Origin: Octopus bimaculoides
Lineage: Eukaryota
Length of the DNA stretch: 63,706 bases
Assembly: GCF_001194135.2 (NCBI RefSeq)
Contig: NC_068998.1
Span: forward strand, 25,234,814 to 25,298,519
Direction of reading: 5' to 3'
Positions 36,996-52,200 of this stretch are shown one piece after another. The translations under genes and the position numbers were made by a program. Every line of letters begins with the position of its first letter. Within the stretch, counting starts at the first letter, position 1. The notes beneath the pieces are model-generated. The model saw only the letters and a list, made by a program, of their open reading frames with translations, had not been told where the DNA came from and ran no database searches.

Positions 36996-39900
36996 AAATG
37001 ATTATTGCTTTTAAGATTTTTGTTGTTGTCCTTGCTCTTGTTCTTATTTTTGTTCGAGATACGGATCATGAGTAACCATTACAACGTTACATCATTAGGT
37101 ATGATAATAACAATAACGACGTAACTAGTCCTACAGACACGACTCTGTAGGACATTCGGTCTCCTGTCTTCCTTCATCTGTTGAAAGGTTTTGTTTTCAT
37201 TCGTGGAAGATTTCCAAAGAGCTAAAACTACCACTCTCCTTACAAAGTAACCTTTGATAGAGTTGCTGCCCCAGTCACAGACGCCACTGATATGTTCATC
37301 GTTAAAACTAAAGCAAACAGACAAAGCACCGATTGTGATGTATACCATATCAAAGAATATAATGTTTCTTACGACACAAGTAAATCGAGAAATTTCTAAT
37401 TCAACTTTGTACCGATGCTGATGCTGATAGAGATGGCGGCATTCTCATGACTTTTATTTCCTCTGTATCTAATATGCTATTGTGTATTACTTCTAATCCA
37501 AAGTTGTCTTAAATAGTGACTTGATGACATTAGAGATAATCGGTTAGAGAATGACATCAACAGCAGAGCAACAACAATGACTATTACAACCAGACAATAT
37601 ATACTGTAAATTTCAAAGTTGATGATAAGCATGCCGCTAACCATTTTTTCAAAGAAGCAGCTATCGACATTTAAGCTTTTACCAAATTCTTCGAAATGTT
37701 TTGAATATTGGCGTATTCTGTGAAGGAGAAGAAATAAATTCTTTAATAGGAGATAAACAGCATCTAAGCCAGCGTATATTAATATAATTATTAGGTGATG
37801 CACTGAATGACTTACGCGAAAGCAACGTTAACAGGAATTATATCTTAGAAAAAAGAATAGTAAGCTATCTACAGCTAATTTTTGACGACCATAAGTCGAG
37901 GTCATTTGCGATAATTAAGGTCTTATTGCATACAATTTTTTGCAAGCTTCAGTAAATATCTCATTTTTGTTTGCTGTCAAGGTAGAAGCTGTGGTCTTAT
38001 TCCCACCTTGTTGGTGATCAACAAAACATAACCAAACTGGAGCCTTCATGTTAATATCCGAGAGATTTTGACACGGAAACATTTTAACAATGCTTTTATA
38101 TTCGGTTAGAGCAATTGTATAATTAACAATAAATAAATAAAATGAAGTATGCAAAACAACTCAATTCGATTAATGGATTGAATTTAGTAAAGTGATAATA
38201 AATTGAATTACGTTTACGATATCCTTTCACTTAATTGAAATTTCCCTTCCAGTGTCTAAATATAAAACCAATAGTAATTGTTAGCGATTCACGAAGAAAA
38301 ATGGAGTAAATTGCCAAAAAACTACATGAAAATGTTTTGGTGAGTCATTAAGCCAGCTCAAATTTGACTGTGTTCGCACCCGAATCGCATACTGCCCCCA
38401 TATTCACATTAAACTCATCAGCATGCACACTTTTCGAAATTACAACTTAATTTCTTGTCACTGGCTACCATTTTCTGCACGAGCCACTCAGTATTAATGC
38501 TGGAATTTTGTATTCTTCTCCTAAGAAGGCAACTGAGTTATTTACACATCTTATTTAATATATCTGCACTTGATATTGTTCATCTAATTTAGTAGGTGCC
38601 ACTTGACCGACTTGAGTCAGTTATTATTCTCCAAACATATTATATATTCTTTATTATGCAAATTTCCGTCAGTAAAACTCTTTGTAACTAGTTTCATTGT
38701 TCTTTGTATTTGGTTGTCAAATGATAAAGTGGGCTGAATCGGTGATGAAATTAATTATATTGAGTATGCTCGTAGCTATTATCTTGCTGGCAAACCATTT
38801 TAAAAAATTTCTCCCACTCATGTAAAACATTTTATGAAAGTTGATGTTAATTATTTTATATTACGTCTCAGTTTCATGACTGACGCTAAGAAGTACTGGT
38901 TGGGTTTCGCTTACTCTCTCCAACAAGACAATTCTAAATAATTGGTGTTTTTCTTTGTACATCGTCCCGCACAAAATGCAACTTGCGTGAACCTATTAAC
39001 CTGAATTCAAGACAATGGTCGCCTGGGTTATTTCTCTTACCACATATGTCTGTGTTATATAAAGAATATATATATTAATATATATATGTATGTATATATA
39101 TATATATAAGNNNNNNNNNNTATATATATTGTTAGCAGTTAATGTTGCTTTGTGTGGCACTTGCCTCCTACAATAATTCACTGATGAACGTAACAAACGT
39201 AGGTAGATATGGGTATATTCACTTATACTGCAAAAACAAGATTTGCAAAGTTTAAACTCTCAGTGGCTGCTTGCACTACACTTTGCGTCAGATAACTCTG
39301 ACTATAGACTTCTCAGTTTCTGAGATGCTTCATGCCAATCGATTATATTCCATTTCGATGGTAAATAATGTACATATCTGATTAATGCAATAGAATAACA
39401 GTCATCACTGTTAATACCACTGGTTAATTAATTAAATCGATTCTTAGTAAACAATGACTTCTAGTATTAATACGCAGCGTCATTATTAAAAATATTTTTA
39501 TTTGATAATATCTAATATAAATTCGCCGCAGCAACATTCGGGTCTGTAGATGAATAAATATATAACAGTATTAACATTCTTCTTTTGCTAAACTTTTCGA
39601 CATGACCATCTTTCCATGTGTGTATTGAAATAATTTTCCGTTTTTAATTTATTATCGTCCTGAATCCACTGGTTTTGGCAGCAATATTATAACGTTAGAA
39701 TCTTAAAAATTAACATTTTCATTAATGGCCGCTTCCCAGCGAATGAATGTTTCTAAAACTTTTCAAGATGACAGCTAATAAAATGTTCGTGATGAGAACA
39801 ACTGATAATCTTTTGACATTTGAAAACGACACACTTGCGATTTGACTTTGTACGAAAGGTGTAACGTGCTGTCTAATACGTAGCACGCTTCATTGCACAA

Positions 39901-40009
39901 GTGAACATATATTTGCGGAGTGAGCCCATCTCAGATTTATGTAGTGAATAATGTACTCTCTCTGGAAGCTGGGGTGCATACATAAAAGTTTGCAATTGGT
40001 TTCTTATTT

Positions 40010-40236
40010 CTTTACTGCCACAAGGGGCTACACACAGAGGGGACAAACTACGACAGACAAAGGGATTAAGTCGATTATATCCACCCCAGTGAGTAACTGG
40101 TACTTATTTAATCGATCCCGAAAGGATGAAAGGCAAAGTCGACCTCGGCGGAATTTGAACTCGGAACGTAGCGGCAGACGAAGTACCGCTAAGCATTTCG
40201 TCCGGCACGCTAACGTTTCTGCCACCTCGCCGCCTT
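40010..40236 (-). mobile_element. SINE family A, full length, tail variant 1
   Basis: The reverse complement aligns along its whole length with 2029-2258. Confidence 0.92.
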
Positions 40237-41281
40237 CGAGTTTGAAATTGGTTTCTGATTGCGTACGGTGGAACTATTTGTAAGCTTGTATCCTGCAAAC
40301 GGACAAAGAAATATGTGGCCAGCACTGTTAGCTCTCGAAACACTGGGTTTCGTGACAAGTTCCCAGGTTTGTCATTCATCTCTATTCTTGCGTTACACTC
40401 TTTCATTGGAATGCCTTTGTACTAGATAGGTATTTTAGTTAAAAATTTATGCAATGTACGAGAGAAACGGGATACAATCAGGAAGTAAATACGTGTAATG
40501 AACATGGATTGGTAAAGATGTGTGTGATTGGGTGACTCATAATTTTATGCAAATAAAGTGATATAATGTAAAGGGAAATGACAGGATTTCCACGAGATGG
40601 AAAAATTACCAACGGCTACTATTACTATAACTTGTAAGACATCATCTCCACAGTCTGTAACTTCACATCAGTGAAACGTTTCGTAAATTAGATTCTTATC
40701 TCAAATTAGCTTTCAATTTTTGTGGTATAGTTTTAAGATTTTCATTTAGTAAATTTCTTAACGTTGTTATGTAATATGGGCTAAGACATGAAATGTGAGA
40801 TATGATACGCATAAAATGAAAACTTCACAAATGTTGAATAGTTCACCATTTTTCTATGATGTAAAGCTTTATTCAAATGAGCTATCCACTTTTATTTGAG
40901 GGTTCTAGAGATACGCTCTCCCTTAGAAAACCTCGAGAATTTTCTGGGCGCTTCAATTGCAATGACACGTTAGCAGCTACACAAAGAAGAATAGAATATA
41001 AAATCATTTACTTTCGTCGAATTTCTCAATTACGAACGAGAGACACATCCTCCTTATTCATGAACAATTAAACGCTCAAATAGCAACGAAAGATTTCGAC
41101 ATGTATTTGCTCGTCAAATAGAAAATTGTTCTGTAGCATCCACCGCATCCACTGCAGAAAAGTTGTGAGGAATTCTAAAAGCAAAACGCTTCTAAAAAGA
41201 ATTTTACTACTACAGTTGTGCTTCATTGGATACAAATGCTAAATTTATGTGAGCATTTTGTGACATGATCGCACTATATAC

Positions 41282-41322
<41 letters not shown>

Positions 41323-42399
41323 TTACATGCAATATTATATCTATGAAGTATACATTGAGGTGAATTAATTCAAAGAATTGTTTTTCATCCGAATAACTTG
41401 AGAACACTTATATTCTTTCTGCGATGGTTGCGTGCATACCTTTTGATTCCAATTATTCATCATGGACTTATATTGTGCAGCACACGTCTCTAAAGAACTT
41501 GTAGATGCATGTGTTCCAAACGTTTTATCTTAGAATCGATTGTGTGCTTTCCAGGGTTGTCGAGTAAAATTTATAAGGTTTAAGACCATTGACCTGAGTT
41601 GAATGACTGCTTGCGTGGAATGTGTACACCATATTCAGTTAGTGAGCAGGCATTACTCTGCCAAAGGTGAATTTATTGACCTCAATATAACTGGAAATGT
41701 TCAGTCTTAAAACCTTCCTAAAATCTTTCAGCCCACGGTTTTCTGAAATCTGTCACATCTTAAACATTTGGCTAAGAAATACTGTAAATGTTTATCGTCC
41801 GATTCAGTTAGAAATGAATAGGAAACTCAAAACATGGTATTGTCGAGCCAAGGAACTAAATCTCGTGATTATAATTACACACTGTAATTGGTACAAGTTA
41901 ATGAAAGTTAATAGGCAATTACTTAGGAATTATAAATAAATTCATTTTAGATGCATTTTGACTGTTCATTTTAGCGAGTTTTGTTTGGAAAACATCTTTT
42001 AACATCGATCGATCTGTTAGTGGTCACTTTTATCGCTTTATATTTATTTTTGTCATACAAACGATGTAGCCTGATTTCACTAAATTACACATAATTTGGT
42101 GAAAAAACACTGGAAGCCACTTTATAAAGTCGTCACACTATATAGTTTACAAGAAGAGAACGTTGAATGTGTATGTACAATCTCAACATTTAATTATATT
42201 TCACTTTGATTAACAAATACATTTCATCTTTGTATCTGACATATTAACTGTCTGACATAGGTCGTCTCTTACCGTGCTTTCTATCTATTGATATGTAATA
42301 CATATTGTCATAAGCTTGGCCATCCAACTGTCCATACTCAATGCTACTTTTTTTCTTACTTGTCCTATTTATTTGGTTCAGTCGACCTAATTCACAATT

Positions 42400-43200
42400 T
42401 AAAACTTTTTCCTGAAATTTAATGAAATTTAAGGCAATTAGTGGGTAGCAAGTTTTGAACTCGGATGCTTTCCTCGTCTGGATCCTATTTATTCGGCCAC
42501 AGTTTCTGTGGTGCTATGGTCCACGTTTGTCTTTGTTTGCCGTTACGAATTGCCTTTAAGTATGTCAACGTAGGTTTAAGTTATTGTCATTGAGTTGAGC
42601 GCATCTAGGTAGTCATAACGCTCTATTAAGTCAAAGGCGATTTTATAATCCAAGTAATCCTTGATTATTACTTGGTTATATTCGTAGGTCTTATATGATT
42701 AGATTGAAAAATTGAAAATGAACTTTTGTGGTGAATTTCTTTCCGAATGCTGTCTGTTAACTGCATTGCGACTTCAGGCTAAATCACTTACTAGTTTCAT
42801 CTTGTATAATTGGAATAATTAACTGATTGTTTTGTGAATTTCCTTGTCTTTGAAATTTCACTTTTTATGTAGTAGTATAATATTAACTTCGTTTCATAAA
42901 CCAGAGATATTCTCATTTCCTTCGCTCCTATTAAAGTGTTTTGACATCATCTGTATTACAAATATTCCAACGCCTTTTCTTAATCCATTTGCGAAGTCAT
43001 CACTTTCTGAAACTTTACTTTATTTATCTTCAACATTATTTCTGTTTCTTATTCGGGATTGGGTGACTATAACTCTTAATTCATTCATATTTCATGTACA
43101 ATTTCATCGTTCAATGTCAAGCTGTATAACTGCAGATAAATATCTAAGCATATCTTTAGCATTTCAATTCTATCATGAATTGTGTTAAGTCCCCTTTACG
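42400..43200 (-). mobile_element. Possible very old LINE endonuclease remnant
   Basis: Purine-rich minus strand with RKGVGIFV and LDYKI segments in APE-like order. Weak. Confidence 0.28.
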
Positions 43201-44012
43201 AATATCATACATTCGATTCTCATCTCAATTTCAATTTGGCCTCTCGAGAAACTTTAGTGTAATAGTTTTTGTGTTGGTAACGAGTCTTTCCAGCTTTATC
43301 TCCTCAGTTTCTTGTTTTATGTCTTCCGATTATTTTAGTTTCTCTTGAATACATTTCACATCCTTATTTTTCAGCAGTTCTTTTTTCTTCATGCAGCACA
43401 TCTAGGACTAATCTATTTTTCCATTTCTTGTCGTCAGTAACAACTCCCCTAACGCTGACGCTGCAGTGACTTATAATTCTGAGCTTAGGTTTTATTAATC
43501 TATTTTTTCTCACTTTTTATATTCCTGCTCTCAGTCAGTTTCTCTATATGTCTGTTTCAGCTTCTCTCTCTCTCACTCTCTCTCTCTCTCTCTCTCTCTC
43601 ATTCTCTCTCTCATTCTCTCTCTCTCTCTCTCTCTCTCCCTTTATCTCTCTATCTACGTTTATATATGCGTGTGTGTATGTGTATAAATATATATATATA
43701 TATATATATATANNNNNNNNNNNNNNNNNNNNNNNNNNNNNNNNNNNNNNNNNNNNNNNNNNNNNNNNNNNNNNNNNNNNNNNNNNNNNNNNNNNNNNNN
43801 NNNNNNNNNNNNNNNNNNNNNNNNNNNNNNNNNNNNNNNNNNNNNNNNNNNNNNNNNNNNNNNNNNNNNNNNNNNNNNNNNNNNNNNNNNNNNNNNNNNN
43901 NNNNNNNNNNNNNNNNNNNNNNNNNNNNNNNNNNNNNNNNNNNNNNNNNNNNNNNNNNNNNNNNNNNNNNNNNNNNNNNNNNNNNNNNNNNNNNNNNNNN
44001 NNNNNNNNNNNN

Positions 44013-44113
<101 letters not shown>

Positions 44114-45035
44114 GTTTAGTACTCCAAATTTATTGGATAATTTGATTTGGAGATCTCCAAAAATTTTGTGCTTAATCATTTTTTTTTTCCTTTTCATTAT
44201 TTCTAATCTTGGGTATTACTAATGTTCTGTTTATTTTCATTTTTGCACTAACAATTCTATAGTCGCTTGGTGTGTTTACTCTCTTGATTACGCTTCAGTG
44301 CTTGTATATTATTAATTTGGAGAAAATTAATCTGATTTCTGGTACGTCTTTTTCAACTTTTCATGTCCAGAAACAACTTTTTTTTATTTCTCTAAAGGAG
44401 TCTTTTGAATCGTTGCCTAGTCTTTAATAGCTAAAGCTATTAAGCAATTTGCTAATTAGTCAATTTTCTCTAGACCTTAATTAATCCCAAGGCAATTTTC
44501 TTTCTTTACATATGTCTCCCACACCTTCACATTAATATCTCCTCTTTATGTTTGAATTTAGTATGGCCTATTGATTTAATTTCCTCTTTCACTACCTTTT
44601 CTGCATTTTCAGTTTTACAATCAGCTGTGGTTGCCTACGCCTATAACTTTTTATGATCTTTCTCCTTCAAAGTAGAAGAATCAGACCGATGATTTTATAC
44701 GAATACAATCGCAAGTTTTACAAGATATATTTTCTCTCTTCCCCTTACTCACTTTGCTTATTTGCTCACTTCTATTTCTCTTACATTTTCATACCCAGTA
44801 TTTCCCATGTACTTTTGTTATATCTTCACACTACTCCAACATTATGAAAGTTCAATGAAGTGTTGTTTCTAGTAGTTAACATAAGTTACACTTGTTCAAA
44901 ATGCTTGGATTATAGGTGCATGTGTTAATGGTATAACCAAGTTAACTTACATAATTAACATGACTTTTTTAGAATCAAGTCATTAAATTTTCCTCTCTAG
45001 ATCCCTGCCCCGTTTTTTGTTTTTTGTTTTTTACT

Positions 45036-45412
45036 TGTTTCAGTCACTTGACTGCGGCCATGCTGCGACACCCCCTCCAAAGGATTTAGTCGAACAAGTC
45101 TACTCTAGGACATATTTTGTTAATGACTAGTACTTATTCTATCGGTCAATTTCGAAGAATCGTTAAGTTACAGGGACGTAAACACATCAACACCGGTTGT
45201 GTGGGACAAGCATAGACAATAAAACACACTCGCGTACACACACATATACGCTGGTCTTCTTTTAGCTTCCGTCTAACAAATCCACTCACAAGGTTTTGGT
45301 CGGCCCGCAGCTTTAGTAGAAGAAGACAGTTGCCTGAGGTGCCACGCACTGCGACTGAATCCGAAACTATGTAGTTGGGAGCAAGCTTATAGCAACAAAA
45401 CCACGCCTGCAT
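45036..45412 (-). mobile_element. tRNA-derived SINE, family B, near full length
   Basis: The minus strand begins GCAGGCGTGG...AAGCTTGCTCCCAAC...GGATTCAGTCGCAGTGCGTGGCACC (tRNA-like head) and ends CAGCATGGCCGCAGTCAAGTGACTGAAACAAGTAAAA. Homologous to 58548-58856. Confidence 0.85.
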
Positions 45413-46060
45413 CTAATCAAATGTTTCCGATCATTTGATTATGATAGCTGGTCCTTACTACATATGTCCAAAGTTAAAAAAGCTATTGAAGTTTATGGTC
45501 TGACAAATAAATCAAGGCTTCCACGCTAATATTTTTAACAACATGTTTTGTCACTGAAGTGTACCTACAGTTATACAGATTGACATTAAACTATGAAACA
45601 GTGCATGAAATATGTACATGAGACTGATAAAATGTTATTCTCAATTCCACACTGCACTAGCCGTTAATTTTCAAGTTATCCGCTGACGTTGGAAAGTCAA
45701 ATGATCATATGTACATTATAGGTTGGGATCTTTACTATCACATTTCACTTATATAATAATACACTTTAATACATTACGCTTTAAAATAATATTGTTAATT
45801 GGAACAAAATACTTGAGGTTACTGTCAGTAAAGGTTTACCTTTATTCTTCTCAATATCAAGTAGAAGAATAAATGGTTGTTTTAAAAAATATTCCATTTT
45901 CTTTCATATTTTTATAAACTATGTTGACACAAAGGATTTCCTGAAGTAAATCCAGTGGCATATACCACCTTATTGTTGACAACATTAGGTAGCCGAATAC
46001 TGTGAACGGTCTTTAAACGGCATACTACAAGGTGGATACTTGAATATAGAATTGCGCGCG

Positions 46061-46120
<60 letters not shown>

Positions 46121-46766
46121 AATATATACATACACACACACACTTATATTATTAGTGGCGGAAAAAGTATTATTACCAGAAATTAAGTTATATTTCCAGC
46201 TTAAAATTGATCTCCTGTTAGAAAATATAAAACTGTGTTATACGCCTTGAGAGATCCTTTCATATAGGCGCATAAACTATTTGTCGTGGAGGCCGAAACT
46301 CCTGTACCAAGAGATTTTATTCTTTTCGAAGTCAGTTGTGGGAGACGTCCGGTTATTATATGTCAGTCAAAGCTCGCTGTAACAATATATAAAATGTCAG
46401 CATCTTGCTGGATATGAAGTAGGGGAAACAACTAGCCTGGTAGTAGATGAGCACCGATTTGTCCTGCGCAGTAGAACCAACAGCTATAAGGTTCACGGAC
46501 AAAACGTATCTAGGTATTAGACAAAGTTTGAGAAGACTAATTGCTATTGAAGAAGGCTACGTTCAATAATGCAGGTGAAAGTGAAACATCTTCCTTTTGT
46601 TGTAATCAATCTTTGATATACGCATATACATTGACAAACACTCACACATGAATTGTCACACAGACGCGCTCACACACACACATATGTCTTATTCAAAAAA
46701 GCAGGACGGACAAGACTGATGTAGATGTAACCAAACTGTAAATGCGTTTATCTATCTTTATATATG

Positions 46767-46834
<68 letters not shown>

Positions 46835-47263
46835 TATACATGCATATATACATACATATACAAACGTACGCTTACACACAGTAAAGGTTTTTATATACAC
46901 GCACACAAAGGCATAATATATATTACGTAATATATGTGTACATGCCTGTGTGTATATGTGTGTATATGCGTGATGTGTACGTACGCATATGTATACGATT
47001 AAACACACACATTCAAACGCCCTTGTATATATCATCTTACTTTTTCTTACACATACAAGTTTTCCAGAACCAGTGTTGCTTAGTTAAGTAGAAAGTAATT
47101 CAATTAGTATTGTATACCTTAGGATCGAAGGAAGTACACGAAGCGGCTATTGTATACGGATTATTAGCTTTTAAATTAGTTACTTATACTAGGAAGTGGC
47201 GCATTTTAAGTAATGGGACAGTGGAAACAGTTCAAAGACGTTTTAAATCAGGAGAAGGGCATA

Positions 47264-47298
<35 letters not shown>

Positions 47299-47568
47299 NN
47301 NNNNNNNNNNNNNNNNNNNNNNNNNNNNNNNNNNNNNNNNNNNNNNNNNNNNNNNNNNNNNNNNNNNNNNNNNNNNNNNNNNNNNNNNNNNNNNNNNNNN
47401 NNNNNNNNNNNNNNNNNNNNNNNNNNNNNNNNNNNNNNNNNNNNNNNNNNNNNNNNNNNNNNNNNNNNNNNNNNNNNNNNNNNNNNNNNNNNNNNNNNNN
47501 NNNNNNNNNNNNNNNNNNNNNNNNNNNNNNNNNNNNNNNNNNNNNNNNNNNNNNNNNNNNNNNNNNNN

Positions 47569-47604
<36 letters not shown>

Positions 47605-48843
47605 AAATATATGAAAATAATTGACACAACAAAATCAACACATAACAGCAATTAATGAGTCGTGGAAGCTCGGAACAAAATAGAAACAGCATAGCAAACA
47701 ACGAAAAACCAATATATAAATTTCATAGCGAACAATATGGTCAATAATTGCTTTATAGCCCGGTCAGTTTGCTCTTGATTTAGGAAGTTAGAGGCTGATA
47801 ATGTTTCAAGTGATTAAGGTGTAATAGTATAAGGTTGTTACAATCAAATATATCAATATCTGCGTACTGGATGTGTGCACACGCTGAGGCAAACCTACCT
47901 TGATATTTTCAGAAGAGATAAAGTAAACATTTGTAGCTGTATTATATGCATCTAAACGTACGCACGAGCACACACACACACGCACACACACAGAGACACA
48001 CGCGCACACAAACACACACACGAGCATGCACGCATACGTACACACACGCAAACACACACACGTATGTGTGTGAGTTTGTGCATGCGTACATGTGTGTGTG
48101 TGTGTGTGTTTGTGTTTGCAGGTGTATTGCTTATGTATATCTGTCTTGTCGGGATCAATAATGCTCTACAATAACTGAATTGATATTTGCAATAGAGACC
48201 GATCCCAATCTGCTTATTGTATCTGTTTTGTGTGAAACTACAAGTTCAAGTTAGCCATTAACTCCGCGATTGCACTGATTTCACCTCATGAAATGCATAA
48301 ATATTTATTATAAAATTACGTAGAAATTTTTGCGTAGATTGAAACAGAAACAGATATACATTCATTTGGACGTTTATTGATAGAAGTTTCGAAATGGATG
48401 TGTGCGTATGTGCGCCTCAGCGTTCATTTGTATTAGTAAATGTGGGCTCATATTTAAAAAGGCCGACCGCTAAACAGAAACGCCCTATTTCGATTATCCT
48501 GCTGTTTCTGCTTGAGAATTAAATCTATGTTACATATGCGTATGGAATATTCAGCCACATATATGTTAATTCAATGGACAATCACTCAGAATGATAGAAA
48601 AACTAAATAATCATTGTCAGTGAGTGCATATTTTTACAGCCATTATATACACACTATGAACTACCGAAACATTTATTGCTTTGTAATTATCAGTGTTAAG
48701 TTAAGCTTTCTTGAAGTAAAGTTCTAATTTTAAATCACTCTACCGAGTTATTAGTGTAATTATCGAGCATATAAAAAAAAACTAGACCCACAGTATAGTC
48801 TCATTAGATGCAACATTAAGCTACGGAGATGGACACACGCACT

Positions 48844-48877
<34 letters not shown>

Positions 48878-49021
48878 CATATAAATATATATGTATGTGT
48901 GTGTGTGTATGTATGCGTGCGTGCGTGCGTGCGTGCGTGTCCGCTTGCTCTGTATTAACTAACGTTTTGAAATTAGCATTAGCTTTCGTAACTTATTTTA
49001 CTTAACACCTAATATATAGTG

Positions 49022-49234
49022 AAGACGGTCAGGTACCAGAATCGTTAGCAAATCGGGCAAAGTGCTTACCGGCATTTCGTCCATCTTTACGCCCTGAGTT
49101 CAAATTCTCCCGGTGTCGGCTTTATCTTTCCAGATCGATACAATTAAATACCAGTTGAGACCTTGGATCTATGTAATTGAATTAACTTATTCCTTTCCTC
49201 GAAATTGCTGGCCTTGAATCAGAAATTCGAAACC
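49022..49234 (+). mobile_element. SINE family A, tail variant 2, degenerate
   Basis: CAGAATCGTTAGC...GAGTTCAAATTC...GCTGGCCTTG...GAAACC. Confidence 0.8.
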
Positions 49235-52200
49235 ATTATATCATATGGATTTATAGTCAGTAATGTTTGATGTTTGGCATGTTGAATTTACTCCCGTACT
49301 TAGAGTGGTACTTACTTTTATCAAACATGGAAAGAGAAGCCATGAAGCCGAGTTCCGAATACGGATTTGTTCAAGGAACAAAACATATTTAAAGACTATA
49401 CAACTCATTTTATACGCCTCTATAAAGAAATATGGACAATTTGACATCTTCGCATTTACATTTATTTTTAATAATCCCCTAATTACCGGGTTGGAAAATG
49501 TGATGAAATTAAGTATGATTATAAGCATTGATTCCATGGAAATGCATTATGATGAGTTCTTGATCAACATAGGCTGTATCAATATATAACATAAAATATG
49601 TATATGAATTTTACATGTAGAATGCTCTACAAAGGTTCTAAGTTTTGAATTTCATATTTCATACCGTAAGACTCAACCTAACATATTTCGTGTTTATTCA
49701 GTAACTTTTAGATCATGATCTCCGAAAACTCAGTCGCAGCTCGTTAAACCAAATATATTTGCCACAGGTATTTTATTATTATTCAAACATCGGTCGAATC
49801 AATTGATCTCGGGTTCCGTGAAGCTGTTCGAATATCTTGTATTCGACAAGGAGTTTAAATATTGTTCAATTAAACAACTTGTCAAACAGCTTATTTGATG
49901 TGGATCAACTAAAGATCATTGACATAAATACATATTCAATGCAATTATTGAGATATGTCTGCGTATATTGGAAAGAATACCAATTTTCAACATTCTGTTT
50001 AGCATAGCATTGCAATGAATCATTTAGTTTTATCCTTCACTATAAATTAGATGAGATCGTGGATTATTATCACATCATTACATATCACTTACTTTATAAT
50101 ACTGAATTTAATTTATGTTAGTTTATTCACATTATAACCACCAAGCAATATAATTGTATCTTAGACTTGAAGTAGACTAAGAATGTAGATTCAACGCAAT
50201 GTAATAACTGAGGTTATTCGCTACGTAACATTGCTGAATTTGACTGGAAACTATGCTTACCATATTGAACTGAAGGATGAATAGCTCTCATCAAAAATGT
50301 TTCTCTACCATGTCGAAAATAAAAATTAAAAAAAGCAAAAGTCAAATGATTAAACCGCAGCCGTGTAAGATACGTATAGCAATCAATATAGTCAAACGTA
50401 ACAGAAGAGATATTTGATTTTGTGATGTTTAAGCATACGTATAAGTTAGAATAACTGTGTGATTAATGTGAACGTTTTAGATGTAGTGCAATGAATAGAC
50501 ATGTCCTGGCTAGGTTTTATTATTCCAGCTGAGGCATAACAGTCAGAATCGTTTTTGCTCTCAGTCAGTATTTGACACACAAGAAATTCAAATAGATGCA
50601 AATTGCTGGGAAGTAAAACAAGAAACATTTCAGCAAGTAAGTAACATGCAGCCTTATTAATGAAAGTAACGTAATTTGACTCAGACAAATCGATGTGTAT
50701 TGTGTATTTTATTTGGATAACTTTCGTTATACACAATGTAGAGCCTAACATATGAGAACAATCACATTTTAACATTTCACCATTAAATCGTTGAGATTAA
50801 TTTGTATTAAATTGGTTGAATAAATTGACTATTTTAGGTGTAATTATTCAAACAGATATCTTACAAACAATGTTGTACTTGTAGGAGAAGTATTTCCTAC
50901 AATTAACAAGAAGCAATTTGTATTATTTCCTACTTTATTTTAGTAACTAAAAAGTCTTAAATGATGTAAGTGTTGATGCAAAAGAAAATACTTTATAAAT
51001 CAGGTTGTTGTTACATTATATAAGAATAATCACGTCTGACATCCCAATAAATGTCAGGCAGTACCTATACAGGAGGACAGAGCATATCGCTTACTGTTAC
51101 ATGATCAGGAAATTATGCCTATAAAAATAAGTACTGGACCAAAAATAACTAGTTATTGCTTCTATATCGTTACAAATATTATATATTATTTTACCTTATA
51201 TCGCATTTGGTGTTCAAATGTTATGGCAATTACAGATGGGTTAATGCAGGTCAATCACGTGTTGATTGATAACAGAATTGATATTGGAACTTAAATATCG
51301 CACTGCAGAACAATTATTGGAAAGCATAGGTTTTTCTGGTGCGCTGGATGGTTTTTTTAGATACTTTGTTGCGTTTTCGATTAGCAGGCATTACTTCACA
51401 TTGCCTTAATCCATTTGTTTTACTGAGTTGCAGTAATGTTATAGAAAAAATAAGAAAACCTTTTTAACCATGAAGCTATGAACTAAAAGACATGAACTGG
51501 AATGTCATTGGATTCTATAAGACTAATCAAGTCATTGAATAATGATCGCTTACATACACACACATGTATGCATACACATGCACAGACACATATATGTATT
51601 ACTCACACACATATATGTATTTACATATACCTGTATGTACACTTAGTTACGCATTACGCATGAATATTTACATATTACATACGGAAGTATCACATGAATA
51701 TTTATAATCTATTATGTTTTGGAATATCTATGTAATTCCTCGTGCGAACAGTGTTATGATGTGTTATATAGTGAGATGCTAAGGTAATGCATTGTTTTCT
51801 CACAAAAGAAATGTTAGTGAAGCACTTTATAATTTTTACCTATTGTTATTGAGATAGGGAAATTGTTAGTTTCCAATGCAGTTTGGCTTGAGTAAAAACA
51901 CATGCACTCTGAGGTAGCGGAGATGCAGTCTATTTACATAGCAATAACATCTGAATGGTGAGGTGACACCAATGTAATATGGTATTCTATCCCAAATATG
52001 TAGTCTAAGAAGCCATCCGTGTACGCGAAAGGGAGCATAATTCATCATGCTTCATAATTTTCTACTCTCCAACTCTCCAAACTCCATCCAGTCAGGTATG
52101 ATACTTGAGTTTGACCGCTTCGTGTACTGTTTCAGTAAGCAGACAAAATTGTTATGCCGGTCTCCACCCAGACATGACTGGCCGTTGCATTCTTTTCGAG

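Noticed and set aside
41040-41185. THPPYS and EKL*GILKAK peptides resembling Tc1/mariner motifs
   Set aside because: The motifs are short, spacing is inconsistent with a single transposase, and no TIRs were seen.
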